A DNA stretch of 64,000 nucleotides from Candidatus Poribacteria bacterium (GCA_022394775.1 JAGFCB010000154.1:1463-65462), one strand, 5' to 3'; positions 48,123 to 58,493 are shown, counted from the first letter of the stretch. Notes: generated by a model from the letters alone, not told the origin. Made by a program: numbers and translations.

Positions 48123-48848
48123 ATGAAATCGGGACTTATTTTTCTCAACGGCTACTACGACATGGGGCATCTCGATTTTTATCGTCAAGAGATTGTAACC
48201 GCGGTAAAAAATCGTTCACCGCTCATCTGTGCCGATGGCGGGATTCGGATATTTGACGAACTAAATCAGGATGAGGATACGACGCTCGTCCCGGATGTCC
48301 TCATTGGCGATATGGATTCGGTATCGCATCGGGGTTCCAAACCGCTCTTGCAACCGAAACAGATCGTTCAGGAATGGGTTGGGCAAACAGATAAAGACTA
48401 TACCGACGGGCAGCTTGCTGTAGACTACGCGCTGGAGCAATACGGATGCCGACATATTATTATTTTTGGAGGTTTACCACGTCCAGAAAGGTATGAGACA
48501 GATCATTTTCTTGGCAACCTAAAACTGATGCGCTTCGGACATTACCGCGTATCCATGGACGAACATTACAAAGCCGAAATGCGTGACCCAAAACAGACGA
48601 TCCACTATGTCTTATCAACCGTACGACTCACACGAAAAAGCAGTGGGTTGCAACGCGTCTCGCTCGTTGCTGAAGCCGATAACGTCGTTGTGGAAAAGAG
48701 CGAAAATCTGCGTTGGGATCTGGCATCGCTACACATCCATCCCACCCTCACAAACGCCCTCCGTAACGAATTCGTGGAAGGTGCAGAATGGGCAGCCCTC
48801 CAATTGGTTGAAGGATCTGCCTCCGTCTACGTGATTCATAATTGGTGA
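48123..48848 (+). CDS. thiamine diphosphokinase
   Basis: ICADGG, LIGDMDS and DKDYTDGQLA motifs of the TPK family. Confidence 0.8.
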   Translation: MKSGLIFLNGYYDMGHLDFYRQEIVTAVKNRSPLICADGGIRIFDELNQDEDTTLVPDVLIGDMDSVSHRGSKPLLQPKQIVQEWVGQTDKDYTDGQLAVDYALEQYGCRHIIIFGGLPRPERYETDHFLGNLKLMRFGHYRVSMDEHYKAEMRDPKQTIHYVLSTVRLTRKSSGLQRVSLVAEADNVVVEKSENLRWDLASLHIHPTLTNALRNEFVEGAEWAALQLVEGSASVYVIHNW

Positions 48849-49801
48849 GCAAGGATTTTCTTGAGCGTTTCCGTGTCAAGATTCCCGCCACTCATGACCA
48901 TCACCACATTTTTCCCTGCCAGTTTATCTGTGAGTTTATGCGCGGCTGCTATTGGAGACGCACCTGCTCCTTCTGCCAAGTTGTGTGTCCACCGCAATGC
49001 CAGACGGATGCCCTCCTCAAGTTCTGACTCGCTAAGTAACACAATGTCGTGAATGCCGTCCTGAATAATAGAAAGAGGTAACAGGAACGGTGCCCGGGTC
49101 GCAATACCGTCCGCCATCGTATCGCAAGAATCGGTCTCTACACGCACTTCTTCTTTCCACGAGCGATAGATCGCGGGTGCATTTTCGGCTTGCACACCGA
49201 TGACTTTGACCTTCGGGTTAATCGCCTTCGCAACGGTAATCGCACCGCAGGAACCGCTACCCCCACCGATAGGCACAATAATCGCGTCCACATTCGGAAG
49301 GCTTTCAAAGATCTCAAGCGAATAGGTACCGACACCGTGAAAAAGTCCGGGTTCCATACACGGGTGAACATAGTAAAGCCCACGTTCCGCTTGGAGTCTT
49401 TCACATAACACAAGTGCCTCATCAAAATCAGCACCGTGTTCAATGAGTTCCGCACCGAACGCTTGCATCGCACTATTCTTTTCCGGGTTATTGCCGTGTG
49501 GCACCACAACGGTAGCCTTGACACCAAACTGTGCCGCCGCGTAGGCGATAGACTGTCCATGATTCCCACGCGTCGCCGTAATAACGCCTTTTTCACGTTG
49601 TGCCTCTGGGAGATGGTGCATGAAATTCAGACCACCGCGAATTTTAAAACTACCTGTTGGGTTATGGTTTTCGTGTTTGATATATGCTTGAAATCCGAGT
49701 TGCTCAGACAATTCGGGATAGTGAATCAGAGGTGTAGGTTTTAAAAACCGCGTCACGATTTGTCTCGCGGCAATGATGTCTTGAAATGTAAGGGCTGCCA
49801 T
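48836..49801 (-). CDS. PLP-dependent threonine/serine dehydratase
   Basis: PLP-lysine motif HENHNPTGSFKIRGG, glycine loop PIGGGSGSCG. 321 aa with no ACT domain. Confidence 0.85.
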   Translation of the reverse strand: MAALTFQDIIAARQIVTRFLKPTPLIHYPELSEQLGFQAYIKHENHNPTGSFKIRGGLNFMHHLPEAQREKGVITATRGNHGQSIAYAAAQFGVKATVVVPHGNNPEKNSAMQAFGAELIEHGADFDEALVLCERLQAERGLYYVHPCMEPGLFHGVGTYSLEIFESLPNVDAIIVPIGGGSGSCGAITVAKAINPKVKVIGVQAENAPAIYRSWKEEVRVETDSCDTMADGIATRAPFLLPLSIIQDGIHDIVLLSESELEEGIRLALRWTHNLAEGAGASPIAAAHKLTDKLAGKNVVMVMSGGNLDTETLKKILAHQL

Positions 49802-49824
49802 TTTTACTTTCTCCCAATGTATTC

Positions 49825-49934
49825 AGGACTTACGCATTTCTCTATGATAACCTATGTATTACGCACTGCTGGGTTTTTGCTGGGGTATTTCTTCAGGGTT
49901 TCAAACCCCGCCAGCAAGAGGGTGCGTGAGTCCT
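49825..49934 (+). mobile_element. MITE-like element (110 bp) with terminal inverted repeats
   Basis: aggacttacgca (49825..49836) and tgcgtgagtcct (49923..49934) are complementary at 11 of 12 positions. Internal atgtattacgcactgc and gggtttcaaaccccgcc blocks match 36513..36603. Sits 24 nt upstream of the 49801 start, in a divergent promoter region. Confidence 0.7.
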
Positions 49935-50021
49935 ATGTATTTTTAAAAATCCAAATATGATAATATGATAACATATCTTAGGACGCACGTTCAAAATTAA
50001 CCACATAGGAAGGAAACATGC

Positions 50022-50963
50022 ATGGCACAAGAATGGCATTCTACACAACTGGAAATTGAAGAAACCGAGGATCTGATTGAGGCGTGCTATGAAAACGGCT
50101 GGACAGATGGATTGCCCGTTGTTCCACCGACACCTGAACGTGTTGCACGCATGCTCAGTGGAACAGACCTGAATCCAGAAGACCTCATCGCTGCGGTCCC
50201 ACCGAAATGGGGCAGAGCGACAATCGAAAAGGTCGCAATCAACGCAGTCATGGCAGGTTGTAAACCGGCGTATCTACCGCTCATCCTCACCGCTGTCAAG
50301 GCAATGACTGACGAACAGTTCAACCTCCACGGGGTCCAAGTCACGACTTCGCACGTCGGACCGATGCTCATTGTAAACGGACCTATCCGCAAACAGTTAG
50401 AAATCAACGACGGATTCAACCTCTTTGGTCAAGGCTGGCGCGCAAATGCGACCATCGGTCGCGCGTTGCGGCTTATCTGTACGAATATCGGCGGGGCATT
50501 GCCTGGAGAACTCGATCGCGCAGCGTTTGGACACGCTGGCAAATACACCTGCTGCATCGCTGAAAAAGAGGAGGCAAGCCCTTGGGATACCTTACATGTT
50601 GACCGCGGATTTCAATCAGACGATAGTACTGTTACCGTCTTTGCGGCTGCCGGTCCGCAAACTGTCAATGACCACGGAAGCAACACCGCTGAAGGCATCC
50701 TTACTACAATCTCCGAGAACATCGCTGCCCCGGGCAACAGCAGCGGCGAAACGCTTCTCGTTATTGGTGTTGAACACGCGAAGACAATCGCCGAAGACGG
50801 TTTCAGTAAAACCGACATCCGGCGTTATATCGCTGACGCCACACAGCGGTATTCGGAAAAAGACTTACTTGTCATGGTAGCCGGTGGCCCAGCAGGTAGA
50901 TGGAGCATCGTCGTTCCGGGTTGGGGTTCACCGAGTTCAAGTGCTGTTACAGTGCCGCTATAG
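50022..50963 (+). CDS. conserved hypothetical protein
   Basis: 313-aa ORF, RBS AGGAAGGAA. N-terminal motif NGWTDGLPVVPPTPERV. No family recognised. Confidence 0.6.
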   Translation: MAQEWHSTQLEIEETEDLIEACYENGWTDGLPVVPPTPERVARMLSGTDLNPEDLIAAVPPKWGRATIEKVAINAVMAGCKPAYLPLILTAVKAMTDEQFNLHGVQVTTSHVGPMLIVNGPIRKQLEINDGFNLFGQGWRANATIGRALRLICTNIGGALPGELDRAAFGHAGKYTCCIAEKEEASPWDTLHVDRGFQSDDSTVTVFAAAGPQTVNDHGSNTAEGILTTISENIAAPGNSSGETLLVIGVEHAKTIAEDGFSKTDIRRYIADATQRYSEKDLLVMVAGGPAGRWSIVVPGWGSPSSSAVTVPL

Positions 50964-51116
50964 ATGCTGAATAAATCGAACGGAGACTACAAAATTTGGT
51001 GCGAATTTTCCGCCGAAAATATTTTTGCAAATCGCTGAAAAATGTGGTATCCTTTTTAACAAGAGAATAAGAAACTGAAATCTGTTTTCTGACGTTATAC
51101 TGAAGGAATAGACGCG

Positions 51117-51545
51117 ATGGATGCGAGAACGCTGTCTCTACCGATCAGCACCTTAGATTACAAACAACCTGCCACTGTACCTATCGGGTCGCCTGTCTCT
51201 ATTGTCATTGATATGATGCAAGAAGGAAGACGTGGGTGCGTTCTCGTCGTTGATGAGGATGAGCAGTTGGTCGGTATCATCACGGAACGGGACTTGCTGC
51301 AGCACGTCAGTGGGCAGCGTGCCGCGCCTACCGAATTTAAGGTTGAACAGGTTATGACCCCGGATCCGGAGGCACTTCGTGCGAGTGACCCGATTGCTTT
51401 TGCGTTAAATTTGATGCATCTCGGACACTTTCGGCATGTTCCGCTCTGCGTCTGGGACGACCAAAACGAGGCATATCCGATCGGAATCATTTCGACCCGT
51501 GATATTCTGGAACATATCGCTATATTTATAGAACATCAGGATTAG
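51117..51545 (+). CDS. CBS domain-pair protein
   Basis: Two CBS repeats (..VVDEDEQLVGIITERDLL.. and ..HFRHVPL..IGIISTRDIL). Confidence 0.8.
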   Translation: MDARTLSLPISTLDYKQPATVPIGSPVSIVIDMMQEGRRGCVLVVDEDEQLVGIITERDLLQHVSGQRAAPTEFKVEQVMTPDPEALRASDPIAFALNLMHLGHFRHVPLCVWDDQNEAYPIGIISTRDILEHIAIFIEHQD

Positions 51546-51556
51546 GAGGCGTAACC

Positions 51557-52090
51557 ATGCTGTACGACTTGGCAATTGATGAAGAATTAGAGAAGATGGA
51601 CGAAGACGCTGCATTAAAAGCATGGAGTGCCCAAGAAATCCAGATTTCACTAAAAGAACTGATGCGTCCGATTGTCACCATTGACATCAGCTGTAGCACA
51701 AACGAGGCAATTGACCTGCTCTTAGCACACAAAATAGGCGCAGCACCCGTGGTTGAAAACGGCACGCTCTGTGGAATTTTCAGTGAACGAGACGTATTAA
51801 ACAAAATTCTCAACAAGCAGGTTGGAGATCTGGATGTCATCGGCGTTGAAGAATTCATGATAGCCGCTCCACAGACGGCACAACAGGAAGATTCACTGAA
51901 CATCGCTATTCTCTACATGGCACAAGGTGGTTACCGACATCTTCCAATCGTTGACAGTGGGAATCGTCCGATCGGCATGGTATCCATTCGTGACGTGATC
52001 TCTTATCTCGTAGAGGAATTTCCGCAGGAAGTCTTAACACTACCACCGAGACCGGTTCGGGATGCCCTTAAAGCCCGAGAGGGCGCGTAG
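51557..52090 (+). CDS. CBS domain-pair protein
   Basis: ..GAAPVVENGTLCGIFSERDVL.. and ..YRHLPIVDSGNRPIGMVSIRDVI.. Confidence 0.8.
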   Translation: MLYDLAIDEELEKMDEDAALKAWSAQEIQISLKELMRPIVTIDISCSTNEAIDLLLAHKIGAAPVVENGTLCGIFSERDVLNKILNKQVGDLDVIGVEEFMIAAPQTAQQEDSLNIAILYMAQGGYRHLPIVDSGNRPIGMVSIRDVISYLVEEFPQEVLTLPPRPVRDALKAREGA

Positions 52091-52208
52091 ACGTTTAAAA
52101 TTTACATATTTCTCAGGTGCGGTTTCTGAGCGCGAACCCTATGTCCTAACATCTTGCAGGCGCGCTTCCCAAGCGTGCACCTATCACACAAAAAAGGAAG
52201 CAATTGTG

Positions 52209-54062
52209 ATGCGCAAGCCAGTAGAGCAACTCGAGGAAGCGACAATCCTATTTGCTGGCGACTCCGGCGATGGTTCACAGACCATTGGCACACAAATGAC
52301 AGAGACCACCGCCCTCATTGGTAACGATGTCGCAACCCTACCCGACTACCCCGCCGAGATTCGCGCACCCGCCGGATCGTTAGCAGGTGTGTCCGGGTTC
52401 CAACTCCATTTCTCAAGCGAACAAATCCACACGCCCGGAGATCTCTGCGATGTACTCGTAGCGATGAATCCCGCCGCTTTAAAGGTCCACCTCCATAAAC
52501 TCAAACCTAACGGCATCCTCATCGTAAATTCTAATAACTTTGCGCGCCGCAATCTACGTCTCGCTGGATATGAAGAAGATCCGCTCGAAGATGATAAATT
52601 TACAAAATATCAGGTTTTCCGCGTTGAATTAACACAACTCACTCGCAAAGCACTCGAAGCAACACAGCTGACAACACGCGAAATGGATCTGTGTAAGAAC
52701 TTTTTCGCGCTCGGTATGATTCTCTGGCTTTATAATCGCCCGATGGAATACGCCATGAAATGGGTGAAAACAAAGTTTGCCCAGAAACCGCAATTCATCG
52801 AAGGCAATATCCTCGCGCTTCGCGCTGGAAACACTTACTGCGAAGCCACTGAACAGTTCGCTGTCTCCTACGATGTCAAACCGGCTACGTTTGAACCCGG
52901 CACCTACCGAAATATCGAAGGCAATATGGCGACAGTCCTTGGACTCGTTGCCGCTTCACATCAATCCGGTCTGCCGCTCGTGTATGGCAGCTACCCGATA
53001 ACTCCTGCGAGCGATATTCTCCACGGACTCGCTAAATACCGGAATTTCGGTGTCGTCACAATGCAGATGGAAGATGAGATTGCGGCTGTCGGTGTCGCAA
53101 TAGGTGCAGCATTTAGTGGTGCCCTCGGTGTCACCGGTAGTAGTGGTCCCGGTCTCGCGCTCAAATCAGAGGCGATTAACCTTGCTATGATTGCCGAATT
53201 ACCGATCGTAATATGCAATATTCAGCGCGCGGGTCCGTCAACGGGAATGCCAACAAAAACGGAACAATCAGATCTGTTGCAGATGTTTTACGGTAGGAAC
53301 GGTGAGTCTCCTGTTCCGATCATCGCTTCATCACGTCCGTATGACTGTTTTGACGCTGTCTACGAAGCGTGTCGCATCGCGGTCAAATATAGAACGCCGG
53401 TCATCTTCCTCTCTGACCTCTACATTGGAATGGGGGCTGAACCGTGGAAAATCCCGCAACTCTCTGAATTGCCAGAGATTCGACCCGATTTTGCTGTGAG
53501 CGCGGATACCGGTAACGGATTTGAACCGTATCTACGCGATCCAGAGACATTGGCGCGTCCGTGGGCAAAACCTGGTACCGCCGGTTTAGAGCACCGCATC
53601 GGCGGCTTAGAGAAATCCGATGTAACAGGACACGTTAGTTATGATGCCGAAAACCACGAGAAAATGGTGGAAATCCGCGCTGAAAAGGTCGCACGCGTCG
53701 CTGATGACTATCCGCCAACAGAAGTGTTTGGCGCCCAGGAAGGCGAAATCCTCTTACTTGGATGGGGTGGTACTTTCGGCGCGATTCGAACCGCAGCAGA
53801 GAGCTATGTCGCCGGAGGACTCCCGGTAGGGCACGTCCATCTTCGACATCTCAATCCGTTCCCAAACGATTTAAGAGACATTCTTAGCAGATTCAAAAAG
53901 ATTTTAATTCCTGAACTTAACAGCGGGCAACTCCGTCAACTCATTCGCAGCACCTATCTCATTGACGCGATCGGACTTAACAAGGTGCAGGGACAACCTT
54001 TCCACGTTTTTGAGCTGCATTCCAAAATTGACGAGATACTTAAAGAAATAGGACACCTTTAG
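52209..54062 (+). CDS. korA: 2-oxoacid:acceptor (ferredoxin) oxidoreductase subunit alpha (fused gamma-alpha)
   Basis: N-terminal FAGDSGDGSQT (gamma-type domain), then GSYPITPASDIL (alpha domain). ATG 52209 is preceded by AAGGAAG. Confidence 0.85.
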   Translation: MRKPVEQLEEATILFAGDSGDGSQTIGTQMTETTALIGNDVATLPDYPAEIRAPAGSLAGVSGFQLHFSSEQIHTPGDLCDVLVAMNPAALKVHLHKLKPNGILIVNSNNFARRNLRLAGYEEDPLEDDKFTKYQVFRVELTQLTRKALEATQLTTREMDLCKNFFALGMILWLYNRPMEYAMKWVKTKFAQKPQFIEGNILALRAGNTYCEATEQFAVSYDVKPATFEPGTYRNIEGNMATVLGLVAASHQSGLPLVYGSYPITPASDILHGLAKYRNFGVVTMQMEDEIAAVGVAIGAAFSGALGVTGSSGPGLALKSEAINLAMIAELPIVICNIQRAGPSTGMPTKTEQSDLLQMFYGRNGESPVPIIASSRPYDCFDAVYEACRIAVKYRTPVIFLSDLYIGMGAEPWKIPQLSELPEIRPDFAVSADTGNGFEPYLRDPETLARPWAKPGTAGLEHRIGGLEKSDVTGHVSYDAENHEKMVEIRAEKVARVADDYPPTEVFGAQEGEILLLGWGGTFGAIRTAAESYVAGGLPVGHVHLRHLNPFPNDLRDILSRFKKILIPELNSGQLRQLIRSTYLIDAIGLNKVQGQPFHVFELHSKIDEILKEIGHL

Positions 54063-54089
54063 CCTCAACACCAAAGGTGGTAACACATC

Positions 54090-55136
54090 ATGAAAAGGAA
54101 AAGAACTTCACGCATTCCAGGCGGGGCACCCACCCTGACAAAAAAGGATTTTGAGTCCGACCAAGATGTCCGCTGGTGTCCAGGTTGCGGTGACTACTCC
54201 ATCCTTGCCCAGACACAACACATTATGCCAGACCTCGGCATCCCAAAAGAAAATGTAGTCTTTATCTCTGGTATCGGGTGTTCGAGTCGGTTCCCGTATT
54301 ATATGAACACTTACGGTTTCCATACCATCCACGGCAGGGCACCGACGATCGCTTCTGGTGTTAAAACGGCGAATCCTGATCTCTCTGTCTGGGTGATTAC
54401 GGGAGATGGCGACGCGCTCTCAATCGGTGGTAACCATTTCATTCACTTGATGCGCCGCAATTTTGACATCAATGTGCTGCTGTTCAACAACCGTATCTAT
54501 GGACTCACCAAAGGACAATACTCGCCGACATCAGAGCGCGGTAAACAGACATATTCTACCCCTCTGGGCTCCTTGGACACACCGTTTAACCCGATTAGCC
54601 TCGCATTGGCTTCCGGTGCCACGTTCGTCGCACGTTCCGTTGACATAGATTCAGGGCACTTACGTCCGTTACTTAAAGCTGCCTTCGAGCATAAAGGCAC
54701 CTCTTTCATTGAGATCTACCAAAATTGTCACATCTTTAACGATGCAACTTTTGAACTCTACAGAGAAAAAGAGTTTAAGACCGATAATACGGTGCTTCTT
54801 GAGCACGGCGAACCGCTTGTTTTTGGGGCAGAACACGATAAAGGTATCCGACTCAACGGTTTCCAACCTGAAGTTGTTGACATCACAAATGGTGAGTACT
54901 CCACCGATGATCTCATCGTCCATGATCAGTACACTGAGGATACTACCCTGGCGAACTTCCTCGCGGGGATGAGTGATACGTCTGACCTGCCGCATCCGAT
55001 GGGTATCTTCCGCAGTGTCCGGCATCCGTGCTACGAAGACTTGATGACGAACCAAATCCAAACTGCGAAAGAACGCACAGGTGAAGGCGACCTCGAAGCA
55101 CTTCTCAATGACGGCGAAACATGGACTGTGTCATAG
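54090..55136 (+). CDS. korB: 2-oxoacid:ferredoxin oxidoreductase subunit beta
   Basis: WCPGCGDY, GIGCSSR and TPP-binding GDGDALSIGGNH motifs. Confidence 0.9.
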   Translation: MKRKRTSRIPGGAPTLTKKDFESDQDVRWCPGCGDYSILAQTQHIMPDLGIPKENVVFISGIGCSSRFPYYMNTYGFHTIHGRAPTIASGVKTANPDLSVWVITGDGDALSIGGNHFIHLMRRNFDINVLLFNNRIYGLTKGQYSPTSERGKQTYSTPLGSLDTPFNPISLALASGATFVARSVDIDSGHLRPLLKAAFEHKGTSFIEIYQNCHIFNDATFELYREKEFKTDNTVLLEHGEPLVFGAEHDKGIRLNGFQPEVVDITNGEYSTDDLIVHDQYTEDTTLANFLAGMSDTSDLPHPMGIFRSVRHPCYEDLMTNQIQTAKERTGEGDLEALLNDGETWTVS

Positions 55137-55162
55137 TATCACACGATACTTTAAAGGTAGTA

Positions 55163-55179
55163 GGCACACGCCGTGTGCC
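55163..55179 (+). repeat. GTAG-type hairpin after korB
   Basis: aGTAG-GCACAC-gcc-GTGTGCC. 7-bp stem, 27 nt after the korB stop, no T tail. Confidence 0.5.
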
Positions 55180-55249
55180 GTAACAGGTGGGTTCTTGTAG
55201 CACAAGTTTGCCTCGCGGTGAGAATTTGTTCCACACCCCACACGAACTC

Positions 55250-56023
55250 ATGAAGATTTACATTCTAACCGATTTAGAAGGCGTTGCGATGGTCTCTCGC
55301 TTCAGCCAAACCCGTGAAGAAGGTCCCCAGAAACAAGCAGCCATGGGATTATTGACCCAAGAGGTAAATGCTGCTGTTGACGGTATCCTTGATGCGGATG
55401 CTGACGCAGAAATTGTGGTCTGGGATGGACACGGGACCGGCGGGATTGATGTGCTTGAATTTCACCCTAAAGCGAAGTTAATTGCGCGAGGACCGATTCG
55501 TCCGCCCTACTATCTTGATGAGACCTACGACGCTCTCTTTTTCGTAGGACAACACGCCATGGCAGGCACACCAAACGCGCCGTTGAGTCATACATATTCA
55601 TCTCTGTCAATCGAATACTATAAACTCAACGGGGAGATGATCGGAGAGTTCGGATGCCGTGCAGCGTTGGCAGGTACTTTCGATGTCCCAACGGTTTTCA
55701 TCTCCGGCGACGATAAAGCAGTTGCTGAAGCCAAGCAACTGATACCTGATATTTATGGTGTCGAAACCAAACAGGGACTCGGACAGGAACTCGCGTTGCA
55801 TCTTTCACCACAACGGTCGCGAGAACTGATTCGAGAGACCGCTGCGGCGGCTTGTCAAAATTTCGTTAAGATCCCACCCTTTAAAATTGATCCACCCTAT
55901 GAATTTGAAGTCCGGGTCCTTGAGGGTAAATCCATTGACGGGTACCTGAAACGCGGCGCAGTGAAGATCGATGACCGCACCGTCAGCTGGCAGAGCAATG
56001 ACCTTTGCGCCCTATCTATCTAA
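55250..56023 (+). CDS. M55 family metallopeptidase (DppA-like D-aminopeptidase)
   Basis: MKIYILTDLEGVA.., EVNAAVDG.., VWDGHG.. pattern. Confidence 0.8.
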   Translation: MKIYILTDLEGVAMVSRFSQTREEGPQKQAAMGLLTQEVNAAVDGILDADADAEIVVWDGHGTGGIDVLEFHPKAKLIARGPIRPPYYLDETYDALFFVGQHAMAGTPNAPLSHTYSSLSIEYYKLNGEMIGEFGCRAALAGTFDVPTVFISGDDKAVAEAKQLIPDIYGVETKQGLGQELALHLSPQRSRELIRETAAAACQNFVKIPPFKIDPPYEFEVRVLEGKSIDGYLKRGAVKIDDRTVSWQSNDLCALSI

Positions 56024-56134
56024 TCCCTTGACTTTCCGCTCCCGATTCTGGTATCCTTTTTTATACATTTATTATACGCTACGATCTTTTACCGGCACGC
56101 TTGATAAACGCGCCATATTATATCGGATTCATAT

Positions 56135-57256
56135 ATGGAAACCTTTGATTGTGAACTGAAACAACAGGTTATCTTCGGTGATAACACGATTGAAAGGCTC
56201 GGTGAGTTGACGCGCTCGATCGGTGGGAGTCGAGTCCTCATAGCAACAGATCCAGGCATCGAAAAAGCTGGGATTCTTGGGAGAGCCGTCTCAGCACTGC
56301 AGAGCGAACGGATCGCCGCCTACGTTTATGCGGATGTTACGTCCAATCCGACAACAGAAAACGTCGAAGCTGCCGTTGAAGTTGCGAAAACCAACGCGCC
56401 GATAGACTGCATCATCGGACTCGGTGGCGGTAGCTCGATGGATTGTGCGAAAGGCGCGAACTTCCTACTCACAAATGGCGGTAAAATGGAGGACTACTGG
56501 GGTACGAATAAGGCAACAGAATCGATGCTGCCCTCTATTGGTGTCCCGACAACCATCGGGACCGGCAGTGAGGCACAATCCTTCGCACTTATATCGCAAG
56601 CAGACACACACATCAAAATGGCGTGTGGGGATAAAAAAGCAAAATTTGGGACTGTGATTTTGGATGGGACGCTCACCAAAACTTTGCCGAGACCGATTGC
56701 AGCAATTACCGCGATAGATGCTGTCGCACACGCTGTTGAAAGTTATGTCTCGACGCGACACAACCCGATGTCACAGATGTTCGCAAGGCATGCGTGGGAG
56801 TTGTTAGATACTCACTTTGAGGCATCGCTTGGACCTAACAGTTCCACAGCACGCAGCAAAATGCTGTTCGGCGCCTACCTCGCCGGACTTGCGATTGAAA
56901 ACTCGATGCTCGGTGCCGCGCACGCCTGCGCCAACCCGTTGACAGCAAGATACGATGTCATCCACGGAGTGGCTGTTGCGTTGATGCTACCGCATGTCAT
57001 CCGATTCAATAGCACAGTCGCCGGAGAAGCCTATCACGAATTGTACCCGGACGGAGATATAGCGGACAGAATCGCCGCACTCAAGCAGATCGGTAATTTA
57101 CCGAACAGACTTCGGGATTACCCTGTCCAATATACGATCGGGACAGCAGACATACCGACGCTGGCAAAGGAAGCGGCTGCGCAGTGGACAGCGCAGTTCA
57201 ACCCGCGTCCTTTGGAGATTGGAGACTTTATAAGGCTTTATGAACAGGTTTATTGA
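56135..57256 (+). CDS. iron-containing alcohol dehydrogenase
   Basis: GLGGGSSMDCAKG and a His-rich metal site (AVAHAVE, GAAHACANP..HG). 373 aa. Confidence 0.85.
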   Translation: METFDCELKQQVIFGDNTIERLGELTRSIGGSRVLIATDPGIEKAGILGRAVSALQSERIAAYVYADVTSNPTTENVEAAVEVAKTNAPIDCIIGLGGGSSMDCAKGANFLLTNGGKMEDYWGTNKATESMLPSIGVPTTIGTGSEAQSFALISQADTHIKMACGDKKAKFGTVILDGTLTKTLPRPIAAITAIDAVAHAVESYVSTRHNPMSQMFARHAWELLDTHFEASLGPNSSTARSKMLFGAYLAGLAIENSMLGAAHACANPLTARYDVIHGVAVALMLPHVIRFNSTVAGEAYHELYPDGDIADRIAALKQIGNLPNRLRDYPVQYTIGTADIPTLAKEAAAQWTAQFNPRPLEIGDFIRLYEQVY

Positions 57257-58439
57257 CAGTCAAACAAGCGATCGAAATCGCTCGCTCCTTAAAAAGTCAA
57301 AGGCTACGACACAACGGTGTGTCTCTGCTACTTTCCTCATCCTTGCGCTTCTGCTTAGCATTGCAAATGCAACGCTCGGTAACTGGACAAGTTTTCGTGG
57401 GAACCCTCAACTTACGGGTGTAGCAGACTCCCAACTCCCGGACAATCCCCAATTGCTCTGGACTTTTGAGGCAGCGGACATGATTGAATCTACCGCTGCA
57501 ATCGCTGATGGAACGGTGTATGTCGGTGCGTTGGACGGGATCCTTTACGCTATCGACGCACAAACAGGTGAGAAGCAGTGGACGTATCAGACGAACAGCT
57601 CGATCAAAGCGTCCCCCGCTATTCACGATGGGGTCGTCTACTTTGGTGACGGTGATGGCGTGTTTCATGCAGTAGACATCAACACCCATGAAATGAAATG
57701 GCAGTTTAGCACGGAAGGCGAAATCATATCTTCAGCAAATTTTGCTGGCGACCGTGTGCTATTCGGTTCCTACGACGGATTCCTCTACTGCCTCAAGCGA
57801 GAAAATGGAGAACTGGTCTGGAAATTTGAGACAGAAGGGTATGTCCACGGCACCCCGGGTGTCTGGACACGGTCTGTGAGCGGTTCTGACAAGGCTGCGA
57901 ACTTCGTGATTCTGACGGGGTGCGACAGTTATCTACGCATCATTAATATCGATGACGGCACACAAACGCAACAGGTAGACCTCGGTGCGTATGTTGGGGC
58001 AAGCCCTGCGATCTCGGAAGATCGGGTCTATTGTGGCACATACGGTACTGAAATACTCGGTATTGCTTTAGATACCGGAGAGATTGCGTGGCGATATCGG
58101 CATCCGAAACGGCGATTCCCGTTCTTTGCCTCAGCTGCCCTGACTGAGGAGACCGTTATCATCGGTGGCCGCGATAAGATGGTACACGCGCTCTCACGGG
58201 AAACCGGTGAACCGATTTGGACTTACACGGCTAAAGCGCGCATTGAGTCTTCTGCTGTTGTCGTCGGCACCCGCGTCTTTCTCGGAACAACTCGCGGATT
58301 GTTCATGGCGTTAGACCTTAAGACGGGGGAATCGGTATGGCAATTCGAGACGGGTTCATCTATCATTGCATCACCGAGTGTCTCAGACGGTAAAATCTAC
58401 ATCGGCACCGAGGACGGGATTCTCTATTGCTTTGGATAG
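57240..58439 (+). CDS. PQQ-like beta-propeller repeat protein (BamB-like fold)
   Basis: Signal peptide, then repeated G.VY.G..DG.LYA.D..TGE..W units. Confidence 0.8.
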   Translation: MNRFIDSQTSDRNRSLLKKSKATTQRCVSATFLILALLLSIANATLGNWTSFRGNPQLTGVADSQLPDNPQLLWTFEAADMIESTAAIADGTVYVGALDGILYAIDAQTGEKQWTYQTNSSIKASPAIHDGVVYFGDGDGVFHAVDINTHEMKWQFSTEGEIISSANFAGDRVLFGSYDGFLYCLKRENGELVWKFETEGYVHGTPGVWTRSVSGSDKAANFVILTGCDSYLRIINIDDGTQTQQVDLGAYVGASPAISEDRVYCGTYGTEILGIALDTGEIAWRYRHPKRRFPFFASAALTEETVIIGGRDKMVHALSRETGEPIWTYTAKARIESSAVVVGTRVFLGTTRGLFMALDLKTGESVWQFETGSSIIASPSVSDGKIYIGTEDGILYCFG

Positions 58440-58493
58440 GTTAGTTTTCAGTGTAATTATACTACATACACCACTGCCGCTGTCAACATAGCA

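Noticed and set aside
58470-58490. ccactgccgc resembling the cobalamin-riboswitch GCCACUG box upstream of the radical SAM gene
   Set aside because: It lies upstream of the best promoter candidate. The other conserved cobalamin-riboswitch elements (GGGAA, B12 box context) are not visible.
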